Assembly: GCA_019429145.1 (NCBI GenBank)
Contig: JAHYJI010000002.1
Location: forward strand, 19,336-83,335
DNA length: 64,000 nt
DNA from: Coriobacteriia bacterium
Lineage (GTDB): Bacteria > Actinomycetota > Coriobacteriia > Anaerosomatales > SLCP01
Direction: 5' to 3'
The notes under the pieces were generated by a model. The model ran no database searches, had not been told where the DNA came from, and saw only the letters and a program-made list of their open reading frames with translations. Positions within the stretch are counted from its first letter, which is position 1. Every line of letters begins with the position of its first letter. Shown in pieces: positions 48,513 to 57,260 of the stretch. The translations under genes were made by a program, and so were the position numbers.

Positions 48513-48527
48513 GTATAACTGCTATAC
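48513..48527. promoter_or_regulatory. inverted repeat GTATA-N5-TATAC upstream of mop
   Basis: aGTATAactgcTATACg sits 18 nt upstream of the mop ATG, in the 86-nt divergent region shared with the HTH-PBP regulator. It is an AT-rich ModE-operator-like half-site arrangement. Confidence 0.4.
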
Positions 48528-48544
48528 GCCGAGGAGGTGCATTC

Positions 48545-48751
48545 ATGAAGATCAGCGCACGTAACCAGCTTCGCGGCACCGTCGTCTCCGTAAAGGAAGG
48601 CGCTGTCGAGGCGCAGGTTGTGCTCGACGTCGGCGGCCAGCACATCGTATCTGTAGTCACGGTTGACGCAGTCAAGGAACTCGGACTTTCCGAGGGCTCG
48701 CCGGCCGTTGCCGTCGTCAAGGCCGACAGCGTCATGCTCGCGGTCGACTAG
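48545..48751 (+). CDS. mop: molbindin (Mop/TOBE domain molybdate/tungstate-binding protein)
   Basis: 68 aa: MKISARNQLRGTVVSVKEGAVEAQVVLDVGG...VKADSVMLAV, a canonical mono-TOBE sequence. RBS gaggagg. Confidence 0.88.
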   Translation: MKISARNQLRGTVVSVKEGAVEAQVVLDVGGQHIVSVVTVDAVKELGLSEGSPAVAVVKADSVMLAVD

Positions 48752-48849
48752 ACCGCATGCGGCTGACTTCTGCACCGCCGGTGGCGCTGCGGTTGTTCAG
48801 TCGGGCGCTTTCGTTATGGTTCTCGGCAGGCCGCCATCTGCGCGGCGAC

Positions 48850-48955
48850 GTAGCTCCGAGTCCGGATTTCCTACGGCCCAGCCGAGCGGGCCACGGATCC
48901 CGGACCGACAGGGTGGGGACGGGAAACCTCCTCGCCTCCCGGTGGAAAGGAGACC
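48850..48955 (+). ncRNA. candidate Moco/Wco riboswitch (Moco RNA motif) in the tupA leader
   Basis: The 208-nt gap between mop and tupA contains gCUCCGAGUCC...(nested stems GUCCGG/CCGGAC and GGCCC/GGGCC)...CCUCCUCGCCUCCCGGUGGAAAGGAGA. The GGAG RBS lies inside the closing helix, 9 nt before the ATG. This matches my memory of the conserved CUCCGAGCC and GCCUCC...GGAAAGG blocks of RF01055. Confidence 0.6.
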
Positions 48956-48959
48956 CAAC

Positions 48960-49841
48960 ATGCTCGAACATCTTGTGTCGTCCGCGGTGTGGAAGCGGAC
49001 ACTGCTCCTGGCTCTCGCGGTAGTGATGGCGGTGTCGCTCGCTGCTTGCGGAGCAGCCGAAGAACCCGAGGAGATCGAGGAGCCGGTAGTCGAGGAGCCC
49101 GTCGAGGTCACGAGTGTCATCCTCGCCTCGACCACCTCGACGGAGGACTCCGGACTTTTCGGCGTTCTCGTACCTGCGTTCCAGGATGACTACCCGCAGT
49201 ACCGCATCGATGTGGTCGCGGTGGGCACGGGTCAGGCTCTCGAGATCGGTCGCAACAAGGACGCAGACGTACTCCTCGTGCATGCAAAGGCAGATGAGGA
49301 GCAGCTCGTGGCCGACGGCTACGGTATCGAACGCCGTGACGTCATGTACAACGACTTCGTTATCGTCGGGCCCGAGGCTGATCCTGCCGGCATCGCAGGC
49401 GGCGATGACGCGGCTGCGGCTCTGACTGCGATCTCCGAGGGGGGTCACACGTTCGTGTCCCGGGGCGACGATTCGGGGACTCACAAGAAGGAGCTCAGTC
49501 TGTGGAGCGCTGCGGGTATCGAGCCTGCTGGCGACTGGTATCTGTCAATCGGGCAGGGCATGGGCGACACGCTCAACATGGCCTCTGAGAGCGAGGCGTA
49601 CACCCTCGCTGACCGGGGCACCTATCTCGCCATGAAGGACCGGATCGATCTCGTGGTCGTTGTCGAAGGCGACGAAGCGCTCTTCAACCCGTATGGCGTC
49701 ATCGTCGTGACCGATGCGAACAACCTCGACGGCGCTCAGGCGTTCGCGGACTGGATCGTCTCGCCGGCGGGGCAGGATATCATTCGGGAGTTCGGCGTGG
49801 ACACCTACGGCGAACCATTGTTCGTCCCGAACGCAGACTAG
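48960..49841 (+). CDS. tupA: tungstate ABC transporter substrate-binding lipoprotein
   Basis: Lipobox SLAACG. TupA signature ASTTSTEDSGLFGVLVPAF, GTGQALEIGRNKDADVLLVHA and SRGDDSGTHKKE. Confidence 0.88.
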   Translation: MLEHLVSSAVWKRTLLLALAVVMAVSLAACGAAEEPEEIEEPVVEEPVEVTSVILASTTSTEDSGLFGVLVPAFQDDYPQYRIDVVAVGTGQALEIGRNKDADVLLVHAKADEEQLVADGYGIERRDVMYNDFVIVGPEADPAGIAGGDDAAAALTAISEGGHTFVSRGDDSGTHKKELSLWSAAGIEPAGDWYLSIGQGMGDTLNMASESEAYTLADRGTYLAMKDRIDLVVVVEGDEALFNPYGVIVVTDANNLDGAQAFADWIVSPAGQDIIREFGVDTYGEPLFVPNAD

Positions 49842-49853
49842 GCACTCCGAACC

Positions 49854-50558
49854 ATGGTATTCATCGAAGCGGTCGTCACAGCGGTGGCCTTGCTCCTGCA
49901 GGGTTCCGCGGAACTGTGGAATGTCATCGCGACCACATTCGAGGTTGCCATCACCTCCACGGTCGCCGGAGTCGTGCTCGGCGCCCCCATGGGATTCCTC
50001 ATGGGGGCGACCCGGTTCCGGGGCCGCAGGCTCGCGGTTGCTCTGATCAACACCGCCATGGCCATCCCGCCGGTGGTGATCGGTCTTGTCGTCATGATGA
50101 CGCTCTCACGTCAGGGTCCCTTGGGCTTCATGGGCCTTCTGTACTCCAAGGACGCCATGTCGATTGCCCAGACACTGATCTCCACGCCCATCATCGCCGG
50201 TCTCATCGCTGCGGCCGTGGCTTCCGTTCCGTACAAGCTGCGCCTGCAGGCCCGTTCTCTCGGCGCATCCAGGCTCCAGGAGGCCCTGCTCGCGCTGAGG
50301 GAGGCACGCCTGGGGGTGATCGCTGCGGTCGCGGCAGGTTTCGGCGCAGTCGTTCGAGGTGTCGGTGCAGTCATGATGGTCGGCGGCAACATCGAAGGAC
50401 AGACCAGAGTGCTCACGACCGCGATCGTCCAGGAGTCCCGAAAGGGTGAGTTCGGCCTCGCCCTCGCACTCGGCCTGATTCTCATGACGATCACCTTCGC
50501 GATGAACGGCTTCCTTACCTGGTATCAGCACTCGAACGAACGTTTCGACAGGAGCTGA
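49854..50558 (+). CDS. tupB: tungstate ABC transporter permease
   Basis: 234 aa MetI-like permease with an EAA-type loop (SLGASRLQEALLALREARLG). It lies between tupA and tupC. Confidence 0.85.
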   Translation: MVFIEAVVTAVALLLQGSAELWNVIATTFEVAITSTVAGVVLGAPMGFLMGATRFRGRRLAVALINTAMAIPPVVIGLVVMMTLSRQGPLGFMGLLYSKDAMSIAQTLISTPIIAGLIAAAVASVPYKLRLQARSLGASRLQEALLALREARLGVIAAVAAGFGAVVRGVGAVMMVGGNIEGQTRVLTTAIVQESRKGEFGLALALGLILMTITFAMNGFLTWYQHSNERFDRS

Positions 50559-50563
50559 CCGGA

Positions 50564-51664
50564 GTGATGAACGACACTCAGGCAGGCATGGCTCTGCGGT
50601 GCACGGGGATCCGCAAGTCCTACGACAAGCGCACCGTTGTTGATGTCGCCGAGTTGGACATCCCCGCAGGCGAGACCCTGGCCGTGCTCGGTCCGTCGGG
50701 ATCGGGCAAGTCGACGCTTCTTTCGATCCTCGGGCTGCTCGAGCCACCTGACGCAGGTGAGGTGTACCTGGACGGCAACAGGGTGACGCATCGCGACAAG
50801 ACAGCCCGCATGCACATGGCTGCCGCGTTCCAGAGCCCCTACCTTTTCAAGGGCACGGTCGCCGACAACGTGGCCTACGGTCTCAAGCTGCGCAGGATGC
50901 TCTCGGTCGACCGGAGAAGCGCCGTCGCCGACTCGCTCGAGCGAGTAGGTCTGGGTGGCTGGGAGAACCGATCGGCCCTCACGCTCTCGGGCGGCGAGGC
51001 GCAGCGCGTCGCTCTCGCTCGCGCCCTCGTACTCCGGCCGCGCGTTCTCTTGCTCGACGAACCCCTTTCATCCCTCGACCCCCTCATCAAGGGCCAACTC
51101 GCCCAGGACTTCGCCCGTATCATCAGAGAGCACTCGATGACGACGCTCTATGTCACGCACGACCAGAACGAGGCGATGGCGATAGCCGACCGCATGGTGA
51201 TCTTGCGGGACGGGGTCCCTGTCGCGTCCGGAACGGTAGACGAGGTCACCGGGTTGCCTCCGGACGCCTGGACCGCGAACTTCCTCGGAGCCGAGTCCCC
51301 GATGCAGGGTTCGGTGGTCTCGTCGGCAGACGGACTCATCGGTATCGACACAGGAGGATGTGTCGTCTACGCAGGAGGCTCGGAGGAGATCGGGTCTCGC
51401 CTGATCGTCGGTGTGCGTCCGGAGGATGTACTTCTCTTCGAGGGCGATGCTGATATCCCGATCACGACCGCACGCAACCGGTTCCTCGGCACCGTGGTCG
51501 ACGTCGAGCTATGGGGCGTCATGTACCACATGGTCATCGACATCTGCGGAAGCCGCTTGGCCTCGCGAGTCTCGCGCGCATCAGTCCGAGACATGGGTCT
51601 GGAGACGGGGTCAAAGGTCCGGGTCGTCTTCAAGGCCTCGGCTGTCCGGTACAAGCGCATCTAG
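50564..51664 (+). CDS. tupC: tungstate ABC transporter ATP-binding protein with C-terminal TOBE domain
   Basis: GPSGSGKSTLL, LSGGEAQRVALARAL, LLLDEPLSSLD. C-terminal TOBE: NRFLGTVVDVELWGVMYHMVIDI...KVRVVFKASAV. Confidence 0.88.
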   Translation: MMNDTQAGMALRCTGIRKSYDKRTVVDVAELDIPAGETLAVLGPSGSGKSTLLSILGLLEPPDAGEVYLDGNRVTHRDKTARMHMAAAFQSPYLFKGTVADNVAYGLKLRRMLSVDRRSAVADSLERVGLGGWENRSALTLSGGEAQRVALARALVLRPRVLLLDEPLSSLDPLIKGQLAQDFARIIREHSMTTLYVTHDQNEAMAIADRMVILRDGVPVASGTVDEVTGLPPDAWTANFLGAESPMQGSVVSSADGLIGIDTGGCVVYAGGSEEIGSRLIVGVRPEDVLLFEGDADIPITTARNRFLGTVVDVELWGVMYHMVIDICGSRLASRVSRASVRDMGLETGSKVRVVFKASAVRYKRI

Positions 51665-51691
51665 CCCGGCGGGCATTGCTAGCGCCAGGCA

Positions 51692-51707
51692 TGTAACAGA
51701 CGTTACA
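51692..51707. promoter_or_regulatory. palindrome TGTAAC-N4-GTTACA upstream of the cofactor operon (site A)
   Basis: caTGTAACagacGTTACAatg. Perfect 6+6 inverted repeat. It overlaps a TACAAT -10-like hexamer and lies 49 nt upstream of the mobA-fdhD start. Confidence 0.5.
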
Positions 51708-51755
51708 ATGTGCTGTGCCGGATACTCGGCTCCGTGAAGAAAGGCCTCTCAGAAC

Positions 51756-53177
51756 GTGGCTGAAGACAGGATTCCCTGTACCGCGGCGGTACTTGCCGGC
51801 GGACGCTCGATGCGGATGGGTGTCGACAAGACGCTGCTCGAGGTCGATGGCGTCCCGCTTGTTGCGCGCGTCGTCGAGTCTGTCACCCGAGTGTGCGCTC
51901 ACACGTTTGTCGTGACCAACCGGCCCGAGAGCCTCGATGGTATCGATCTTGCCGACGAGGTCACCGTGCTGACCGATGAGGTTCCGTACCAGGGGCCGCT
52001 CGGCGGACTGGTCACTGCGCTCAAGGAGGCACCGGACGAGTGGGTGCTGGCGGTGGCCGCCGACATGCCGTACCTCTCCGCGGCGGTTGTCCAAGCGCTG
52101 TGGGACGCGCGAGGCGGCGCGGATGCCGTTATGCCCGTGACCCCGGAGGGTCCCGAGCCGCTGCTCGCGCTCTACTCGCGGGCGTGCCTTCCTGCCGCCC
52201 GCCGCGTGTTGGCAACCGGCCGGCGACGCTTGGTGGCGATCTTCTCCGAGATCAACGCGGTCGAGGTGCCGATCGAGTCGCTGCGCTCGGTCGACCCCGA
52301 GCTGCGCAGCTTCCTCAACGTGAACACGCCCGAGGAGCTCGCCGAGGCGCGCGAGGAGACCGTGGCGCTTTCCGTCGAGCGCGATGCCACCGAGCGCGTG
52401 AGTGTCTCGGTCATCGAGGTCGGGACACGCCGTTCGCGTGGCATGCCCTCCGAACATCCCGTGACGGTCCACATGAACGATGTGGAGGTAGCCACCATCC
52501 AGGCCACACCAGAGGACCTCGAAGAGATGGCTGCGGGCTTTCTCGTCGCCGAGGGCCTTATGGTCAACCGGGACGACCTTGTCTCCATCGACGTCGATTA
52601 CAAGCGCGGACTCGTCTACGTCTCGACGCTCGAAGAGGTTCCCGACGACATGGTCTACAAGACACGCTACGTCACGAGCGGATGCGGCAAAGGGATCACC
52701 TTCTCCTCGGTGGGCCACGCGCGCGGTCTCGACCACATCGAGACGCACCTGCGCCTCGACAGTCAGGTCGTCTACGACCTCATGGGCCAGATGGCCCGGG
52801 CCGCTACGGCATACCGGGACACCGGTGGCATGCACGCGTGCGGCCTGGCACGTGACGGTGAGCTTCTCTTCGTGCGGGAGGACGTCGGGAGGCACAACGC
52901 GCTGGACAAACTGCTCGGGCGTGCCTGGCTCGATCGCGTGCCCACTCGCGACGCCATCCTGCTCTCGACCGGCCGCATCTCCTACGAGATGGCCGTCAAG
53001 GCTGCCAAGGCAGGCGTGCCGGTCGTAGTCTCCCGCACCGCTGTGACCGATCTCGCCGCAGAGATAGCCGGCGAGCTCGGCATCACGCTTGCAGGCTATG
53101 CGCGCGGCGGCAAGATAACCGTCTACACCCATCCCGAACGCATCACGAGCCACACGACCGATGAGGATGACGAATGA
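51756..53177 (+). CDS. mobA/fdhD: fusion protein: molybdenum cofactor guanylyltransferase MobA + sulfurtransferase FdhD
   Basis: N-terminal ~200 aa: AAVLAGGRSMRMGVDKTLLEVDG...YQGPLGG...AADMPYL (MobA). C-terminal ~260 aa: VTSGCGKG...GGMHACGL...EDVGRHNALDKLLG...SGRISYEMAVKAAKAGVPVVVSRTAVT (FdhD). One uninterrupted ORF. Confidence 0.85.
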   Translation: MAEDRIPCTAAVLAGGRSMRMGVDKTLLEVDGVPLVARVVESVTRVCAHTFVVTNRPESLDGIDLADEVTVLTDEVPYQGPLGGLVTALKEAPDEWVLAVAADMPYLSAAVVQALWDARGGADAVMPVTPEGPEPLLALYSRACLPAARRVLATGRRRLVAIFSEINAVEVPIESLRSVDPELRSFLNVNTPEELAEAREETVALSVERDATERVSVSVIEVGTRRSRGMPSEHPVTVHMNDVEVATIQATPEDLEEMAAGFLVAEGLMVNRDDLVSIDVDYKRGLVYVSTLEEVPDDMVYKTRYVTSGCGKGITFSSVGHARGLDHIETHLRLDSQVVYDLMGQMARAATAYRDTGGMHACGLARDGELLFVREDVGRHNALDKLLGRAWLDRVPTRDAILLSTGRISYEMAVKAAKAGVPVVVSRTAVTDLAAEIAGELGITLAGYARGGKITVYTHPERITSHTTDEDDE

Positions 53178-54421
53178 CGATATCCGTGGAACAAGCCCGC
53201 GACCTGGTCCTGGCGCGCTGCGGGGTTCTCGAGACCGAGGACGTGCCGCTGCTCGAATCGCTCGGGCGCGTGCTGGCGGCCGACGCGCGCTCCGACATCG
53301 ACGTCGCGCCCTTCGACAACTCGGCGATGGACGGCTACGCGGTGCGTGCGACCGATCTCGCGGGTGCCTCGCAAGACTCGCCGGCGACGCTCGCGGTCAT
53401 CTCCCACATCGCCGCCGGCGACTACTCCGAGATCGAGGTCGGACCCGGCCAGGCAGCGCGCATCATGACAGGCGCCCCGGTCCCTCCAGGCGCCGATGCG
53501 GTCGTGATGGTGGAGTACACCGAGGCGGGCGAGGTTTCAGGCTCGACCGGTGGCACCGTGCACGTCATGCGCGAGGTCCGCGAGGGCGAGAACATCCGCC
53601 GGCGCGCGGAGGAGGTCTCGGCGGGTGACGTCGTGCTGGAGGCAGGCGAGGTCATCGGGCCCGCGGCCGTCGGACTGCTCGCATCTACCGGACACGCCAC
53701 CGCCACGGTCTACCGCCGTCCGCGTGTGGCGGTGATCTCGACCGGCGACGAGCTCGTCGAGGTCGCCGAGAAGCCGGGCCCGGGCAAGATCCGCAACTCC
53801 AACTCCTACTCGATCGCCGCCCAGGTGATCGCTGCCGGCGCGATCCCGCTGCGCTACCCGATCCTGCGCGACGACCCCGACGCGACCCGCGAGGCGTTCA
53901 CCCGCGCGGCCGCCGAGGCCGACTTCATCGTCACGAGCGGCGGGGTAAGCGTCGGGGACTTCGACTACGTCAAGCCGGTGCTCGAGGAGCTCGGCGAGAT
54001 GGAGTTCTGCAAGGTTGCCATGCGCCCCGGTAACCCCCAGACGCTCGGCTCTATCTCGGGCGTGCCCTTCTTCGGCCTGCCGGGCAACCCGACCTCGACC
54101 TTCGTCGGCTTCGAGATCTTCGTGCGCCCGTCGTTGCGTTACATGCAGGGCCACACGAAGCTCGATCGTCCGCGCCAGGCCGCCACGCTTGCCCACGACG
54201 TCAAGAAGAAGCAGGACCGCCGCTACTTCTTGCGGGCTCGTCTCGATCGACGCGATGACGGGGCGCTCTCGGTCGCACTCTCCGGGAGCCAGTCCTCGGC
54301 CCTGCTCACCGCGGCACATCGCGGCAACTGTCTTCTCGTCCTGCCGGAAGGGGAGGGTTTCTTCTCCGAGGGCAGCACGGTGGAGGTCATCCGACTCGAC
54401 ATGGAGGAAGGGATCGCATGA
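53174..54421 (+). CDS. moeA: molybdopterin molybdotransferase
   Basis: FDNSAMDGYAV, RIMTGAPVP, STGDELV, KIRNSNS, SGGVSVGDFDY and the GNP...F pattern. 4-nt overlap with the upstream gene. Confidence 0.92.
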   Translation: MTISVEQARDLVLARCGVLETEDVPLLESLGRVLAADARSDIDVAPFDNSAMDGYAVRATDLAGASQDSPATLAVISHIAAGDYSEIEVGPGQAARIMTGAPVPPGADAVVMVEYTEAGEVSGSTGGTVHVMREVREGENIRRRAEEVSAGDVVLEAGEVIGPAAVGLLASTGHATATVYRRPRVAVISTGDELVEVAEKPGPGKIRNSNSYSIAAQVIAAGAIPLRYPILRDDPDATREAFTRAAAEADFIVTSGGVSVGDFDYVKPVLEELGEMEFCKVAMRPGNPQTLGSISGVPFFGLPGNPTSTFVGFEIFVRPSLRYMQGHTKLDRPRQAATLAHDVKKKQDRRYFLRARLDRRDDGALSVALSGSQSSALLTAAHRGNCLLVLPEGEGFFSEGSTVEVIRLDMEEGIA

Positions 54422-54633
54422 GCGACACACCCAAGGTTATCGATCCGCGCTGGCTCGATCAGGTCACGCCCGAGCTCGTCGATGCCGTCCGCGCCAAGGC
54501 GCACGATGGTAAGGTGACCTGTCCGGTGCTGCGCAAGCTCGCCGAGGACACCGGCATCCCGTACAAGGTGGCAGGTGCGGCGGCCGATTCGGTCGGCATC
54601 AAAGTCCACAACTGCGATCTCGGCTGCTTCTAG
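54418..54633 (+). CDS. small conserved-looking Cys protein of unknown function inside the cofactor operon
   Basis: 71 aa: MSDTPKVIDPRWLDQVTPELVDAVRAKAHDGKVTCPVLRKLAEDTGIPYKVAGAAADSVGIKVHNCDLGCF. Its ATGA overlaps the moeA stop. Three Cys (C35, C66, C70). Confidence 0.55.
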   Translation: MSDTPKVIDPRWLDQVTPELVDAVRAKAHDGKVTCPVLRKLAEDTGIPYKVAGAAADSVGIKVHNCDLGCF

Positions 54634-54682
54634 GGCCGATAGGATGGGCGCGGCCGGTACCGCGCCAGGAGGCTCACGACAG

Positions 54683-55207
54683 ATGACAGACTTTCGTATC
54701 CCGGTCGTGTCCGTGGTGGGCAAGGGCAAGTCGGGCCGCACGACCCTGCTCGAGGGCGTCATCACGACGCTCACCGGACGGGGCTACCGTGTGGCCACGG
54801 CCAAGCACCACTTCCACGAGACCGACATCGACACGCCCGGCAAGGACTCGTGGCGCCACTGGAACGCCGGCGCTGTGGTCACGATGGTGAGCGCTCCCGA
54901 CCGGCTCGGCGTCTTTCGCCGGGTCGAGCAGGAGCGCACGCTCGTCGAGCTCGCCGGGGAGGCGGGCGATGTCGACATCATGCTGACCGAGGGCTTCCGG
55001 CGGACCTCGCCGGTGCTTGTGGAGGTTGTGCGCGAGGAGCGCTCCACCGAGCCGATCTGCGCTCCCGAGGAGCTCTTTGCGCTCGTGACCGACGTGGAGG
55101 AGTTGCGTGGGCTGCCCGTGCCCACGTTTGCGCTTGATGATGCAGCGGGGCTCGCGACCCTCATCGAGGAACGCTTTCTCGGCGAAGCGAGGGGCGGTGA
55201 TGCGTGA
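54683..55207 (+). CDS. mobB: molybdopterin-guanine dinucleotide biosynthesis adapter protein MobB
   Basis: P-loop VVSVVGKGKSGRTTLL, then RGYRVATAKHH...DTPGKDS. RBS ccaggagg, ATG at 54683. Confidence 0.88.
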   Translation: MTDFRIPVVSVVGKGKSGRTTLLEGVITTLTGRGYRVATAKHHFHETDIDTPGKDSWRHWNAGAVVTMVSAPDRLGVFRRVEQERTLVELAGEAGDVDIMLTEGFRRTSPVLVEVVREERSTEPICAPEELFALVTDVEELRGLPVPTFALDDAAGLATLIEERFLGEARGGDA

Positions 55208-56226
55208 TGGCAACCGACTCGTACGGCCGGCGCATCGACTACCTGCGCATCAGCCTCACCGACCGGTGTAACCTGCGGTGCGTTTACTGCATGCCCGCCA
55301 AGGGCGTGCCGTGGAAGCCGCACGATGAGATCCTCACCCTTGAGGAGATCGAGCGGTTTGCGGCAGCTGCAGTGGGTGAGGGTATCTCGAAGATCCGCCT
55401 CACCGGTGGCGAGCCGCTGGTGCGCAAAGGGGTCGTCGGGCACGTCCGGCGACTCAAGGAGCTCACGGGGCTTGAGGCGATCGCGCTTACCACCAATGGC
55501 ACGCTGCTCGCGCGCTACGCGGCACCGCTGGTCGAGGCTGGCCTCACTCGCGTCAACATCTCCATCGACTCGCTCGATCCAGCCGTTTTCGAGCGCGTGA
55601 CCCGTGGCGGCAAGCTCACCGACGCGCTCGCGGGGCTCCACGCCGCGTTCGAGGCGGGTATGGGGCCGATCAAGGTGAACGCCGTTGTCGTGCGCAGTCT
55701 CGAGCAGGACCTCCTCGGCTTCGCTCGGATGACGCTCGATCGGCCCGTGCACGTGCGGTTCATCGAGTACATGCCCGTAGGTGGTGTGGGAGGGGGGGAG
55801 TGCGAGCCGGCGAGCGAGGGCTGGACGCAGGCCGACCACGTGCCCGCCGACGAGATACTCGAGCGTCTGGCTGCCGAGGGGATCGCCGCGGGCATCGGAG
55901 CACCCGAACCCGTGCAGCGTGCCGAGGCACCGGGTGGCTGGGGGCCGGCCCGCTACTACCGCTATCCGGGCGCAGAGGGCACGGTCGGCGTGATCACCCC
56001 GCTCTCTCACCACTTCTGTGGCGAGTGCAACCGTTTGCGCCTGACTGCAGACGGCCGTCTGCGCGCCTGCCTCTTCTCCGACGACGAGATCGACGTGCGC
56101 ACGGTACTGCGCGAGGGCACCGACGCCGATGTGCGCGAGGTCATCCGGATGGCGCTCGCCACCAAGCCCGAGAGCCACAGCATGCGCGTGGGAACCACGC
56201 GCGGCATGTCCCAGATAGGGGGCTGA
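55204..56226 (+). CDS. moaA: GTP 3',8-cyclase (radical SAM)
   Basis: [19 protein letters not shown] radical-SAM cluster motif, GGEPLVR, and the C-terminal second cluster [18 protein letters not shown]. Confidence 0.95.
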   Translation: MMATDSYGRRIDYLRISLTDRCNLRCVYCMPAKGVPWKPHDEILTLEEIERFAAAAVGEGISKIRLTGGEPLVRKGVVGHVRRLKELTGLEAIALTTNGTLLARYAAPLVEAGLTRVNISIDSLDPAVFERVTRGGKLTDALAGLHAAFEAGMGPIKVNAVVVRSLEQDLLGFARMTLDRPVHVRFIEYMPVGGVGGGECEPASEGWTQADHVPADEILERLAAEGIAAGIGAPEPVQRAEAPGGWGPARYYRYPGAEGTVGVITPLSHHFCGECNRLRLTADGRLRACLFSDDEIDVRTVLREGTDADVREVIRMALATKPESHSMRVGTTRGMSQIGG

Positions 56227-56231
56227 GCGGC

Positions 56232-56768
56232 ATGGCCGAACCCACGCATTCCGCCGCGGGGCGCCACGAGCGCCTCACCCACCTCGACGAGCGTGGCGAG
56301 GCCCGCATGGTCGACGTGGGCGAGAAGCCCGACACCCGTCGGCGTGCCGTCGCCTCCGCGATCATCACGATGCGTCCGGAGACGCTCGCGATGATCGTCG
56401 AGGGCAGGGCGCCCAAGGGCGACGTCTTCGCCACCGCGCGCATCGCGGGCATCATGGCCGCCAAACGAACGAGCGACCTCGTCCCCATGTGTCACCCGCT
56501 CGCGCTCACGCACGCGAGTGTCGAGCTCGAGCCCGAACCCGCCCCCGCGGACATAGTGGGCAGTGCCGCGGTGCGCATCACCGCGACGTGCGAGACCACC
56601 GGTCCCACCGGCGTGGAGATGGAGGCGCTCACGGCGGCGGCGGTGGCGGGTCTGACCCTGTACGATATGTGCAAGGCGGTCGACCGGGGCATGGTCCTCG
56701 ACGACGTCATGCTGCTCGAGAAGGATGGCGGCGCATCAGGTCGCTGGACCCGTAAGGAGGACGAATGA
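56232..56768 (+). CDS. moaC: cyclic pyranopterin monophosphate synthase
   Basis: [59 protein letters not shown]. Confidence 0.93.
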   Translation: MAEPTHSAAGRHERLTHLDERGEARMVDVGEKPDTRRRAVASAIITMRPETLAMIVEGRAPKGDVFATARIAGIMAAKRTSDLVPMCHPLALTHASVELEPEPAPADIVGSAAVRITATCETTGPTGVEMEALTAAAVAGLTLYDMCKAVDRGMVLDDVMLLEKDGGASGRWTRKEDE

Positions 56769-57259
56769 GCGGCGATTCCATGACACTTCCCACGCCCGGC
56801 CGGGTGGTCTCGGTGAACCTCTCCGAGAAGAAGACCGTCCGCAAGACCCCCGGTCAGAGTGGCACGCTCGTCTACGACCGCGGGTTTGAGGGCGACGCGC
56901 ACGCGGGCGACTGGCACCGCCAGGTGAGCCTGCTCGCTCAGGAGTCCATCGACTCGATGGTAGCCAAGGGGCTCGATGTCGGCGCGGGCGACTTCGCCGA
57001 GAACATAACCACCGAGGGCATCGATCTACCGGCCCTGCCCGTGGGCACGGTGCTCAAGGTCGGCGAGGACGCCGTGCTCGAGGTGAGTCAGATCGGCAAG
57101 GTGTGTCACACCAAGTGTGCCATCTACTACCAGGCCGGCGACTGCGTCATGCCCCGCGAGGGCATCTTCGTGGTCGTGCGCGAGCCCGGTGACGTCGCGG
57201 TGGGCGACACCGTCGAGGTCGTCTCGCTCGGCGACGGCACCTGCGACAGGGTTGAGTGA
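56765..57259 (+). CDS. MOSC domain-containing protein
   Basis: [17 protein letters not shown]...[17 protein letters not shown]...[11 protein letters not shown] beta-barrel MOSC pattern. 4-nt overlap with moaC. Confidence 0.85.
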   Translation: MSGDSMTLPTPGRVVSVNLSEKKTVRKTPGQSGTLVYDRGFEGDAHAGDWHRQVSLLAQESIDSMVAKGLDVGAGDFAENITTEGIDLPALPVGTVLKVGEDAVLEVSQIGKVCHTKCAIYYQAGDCVMPREGIFVVVREPGDVAVGDTVEVVSLGDGTCDRVE

Positions 57260-57260
57260 C

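Noticed and set aside
51708-51755. A second Moco riboswitch in the leaders of the cofactor operon (51665-51755) or the cytochrome operon (59156-59368).
   Set aside because: Neither leader contains the CUCCGAG ... GCCUCC ... GGAAAGG blocks seen upstream of tupA. The first leader is also too short.
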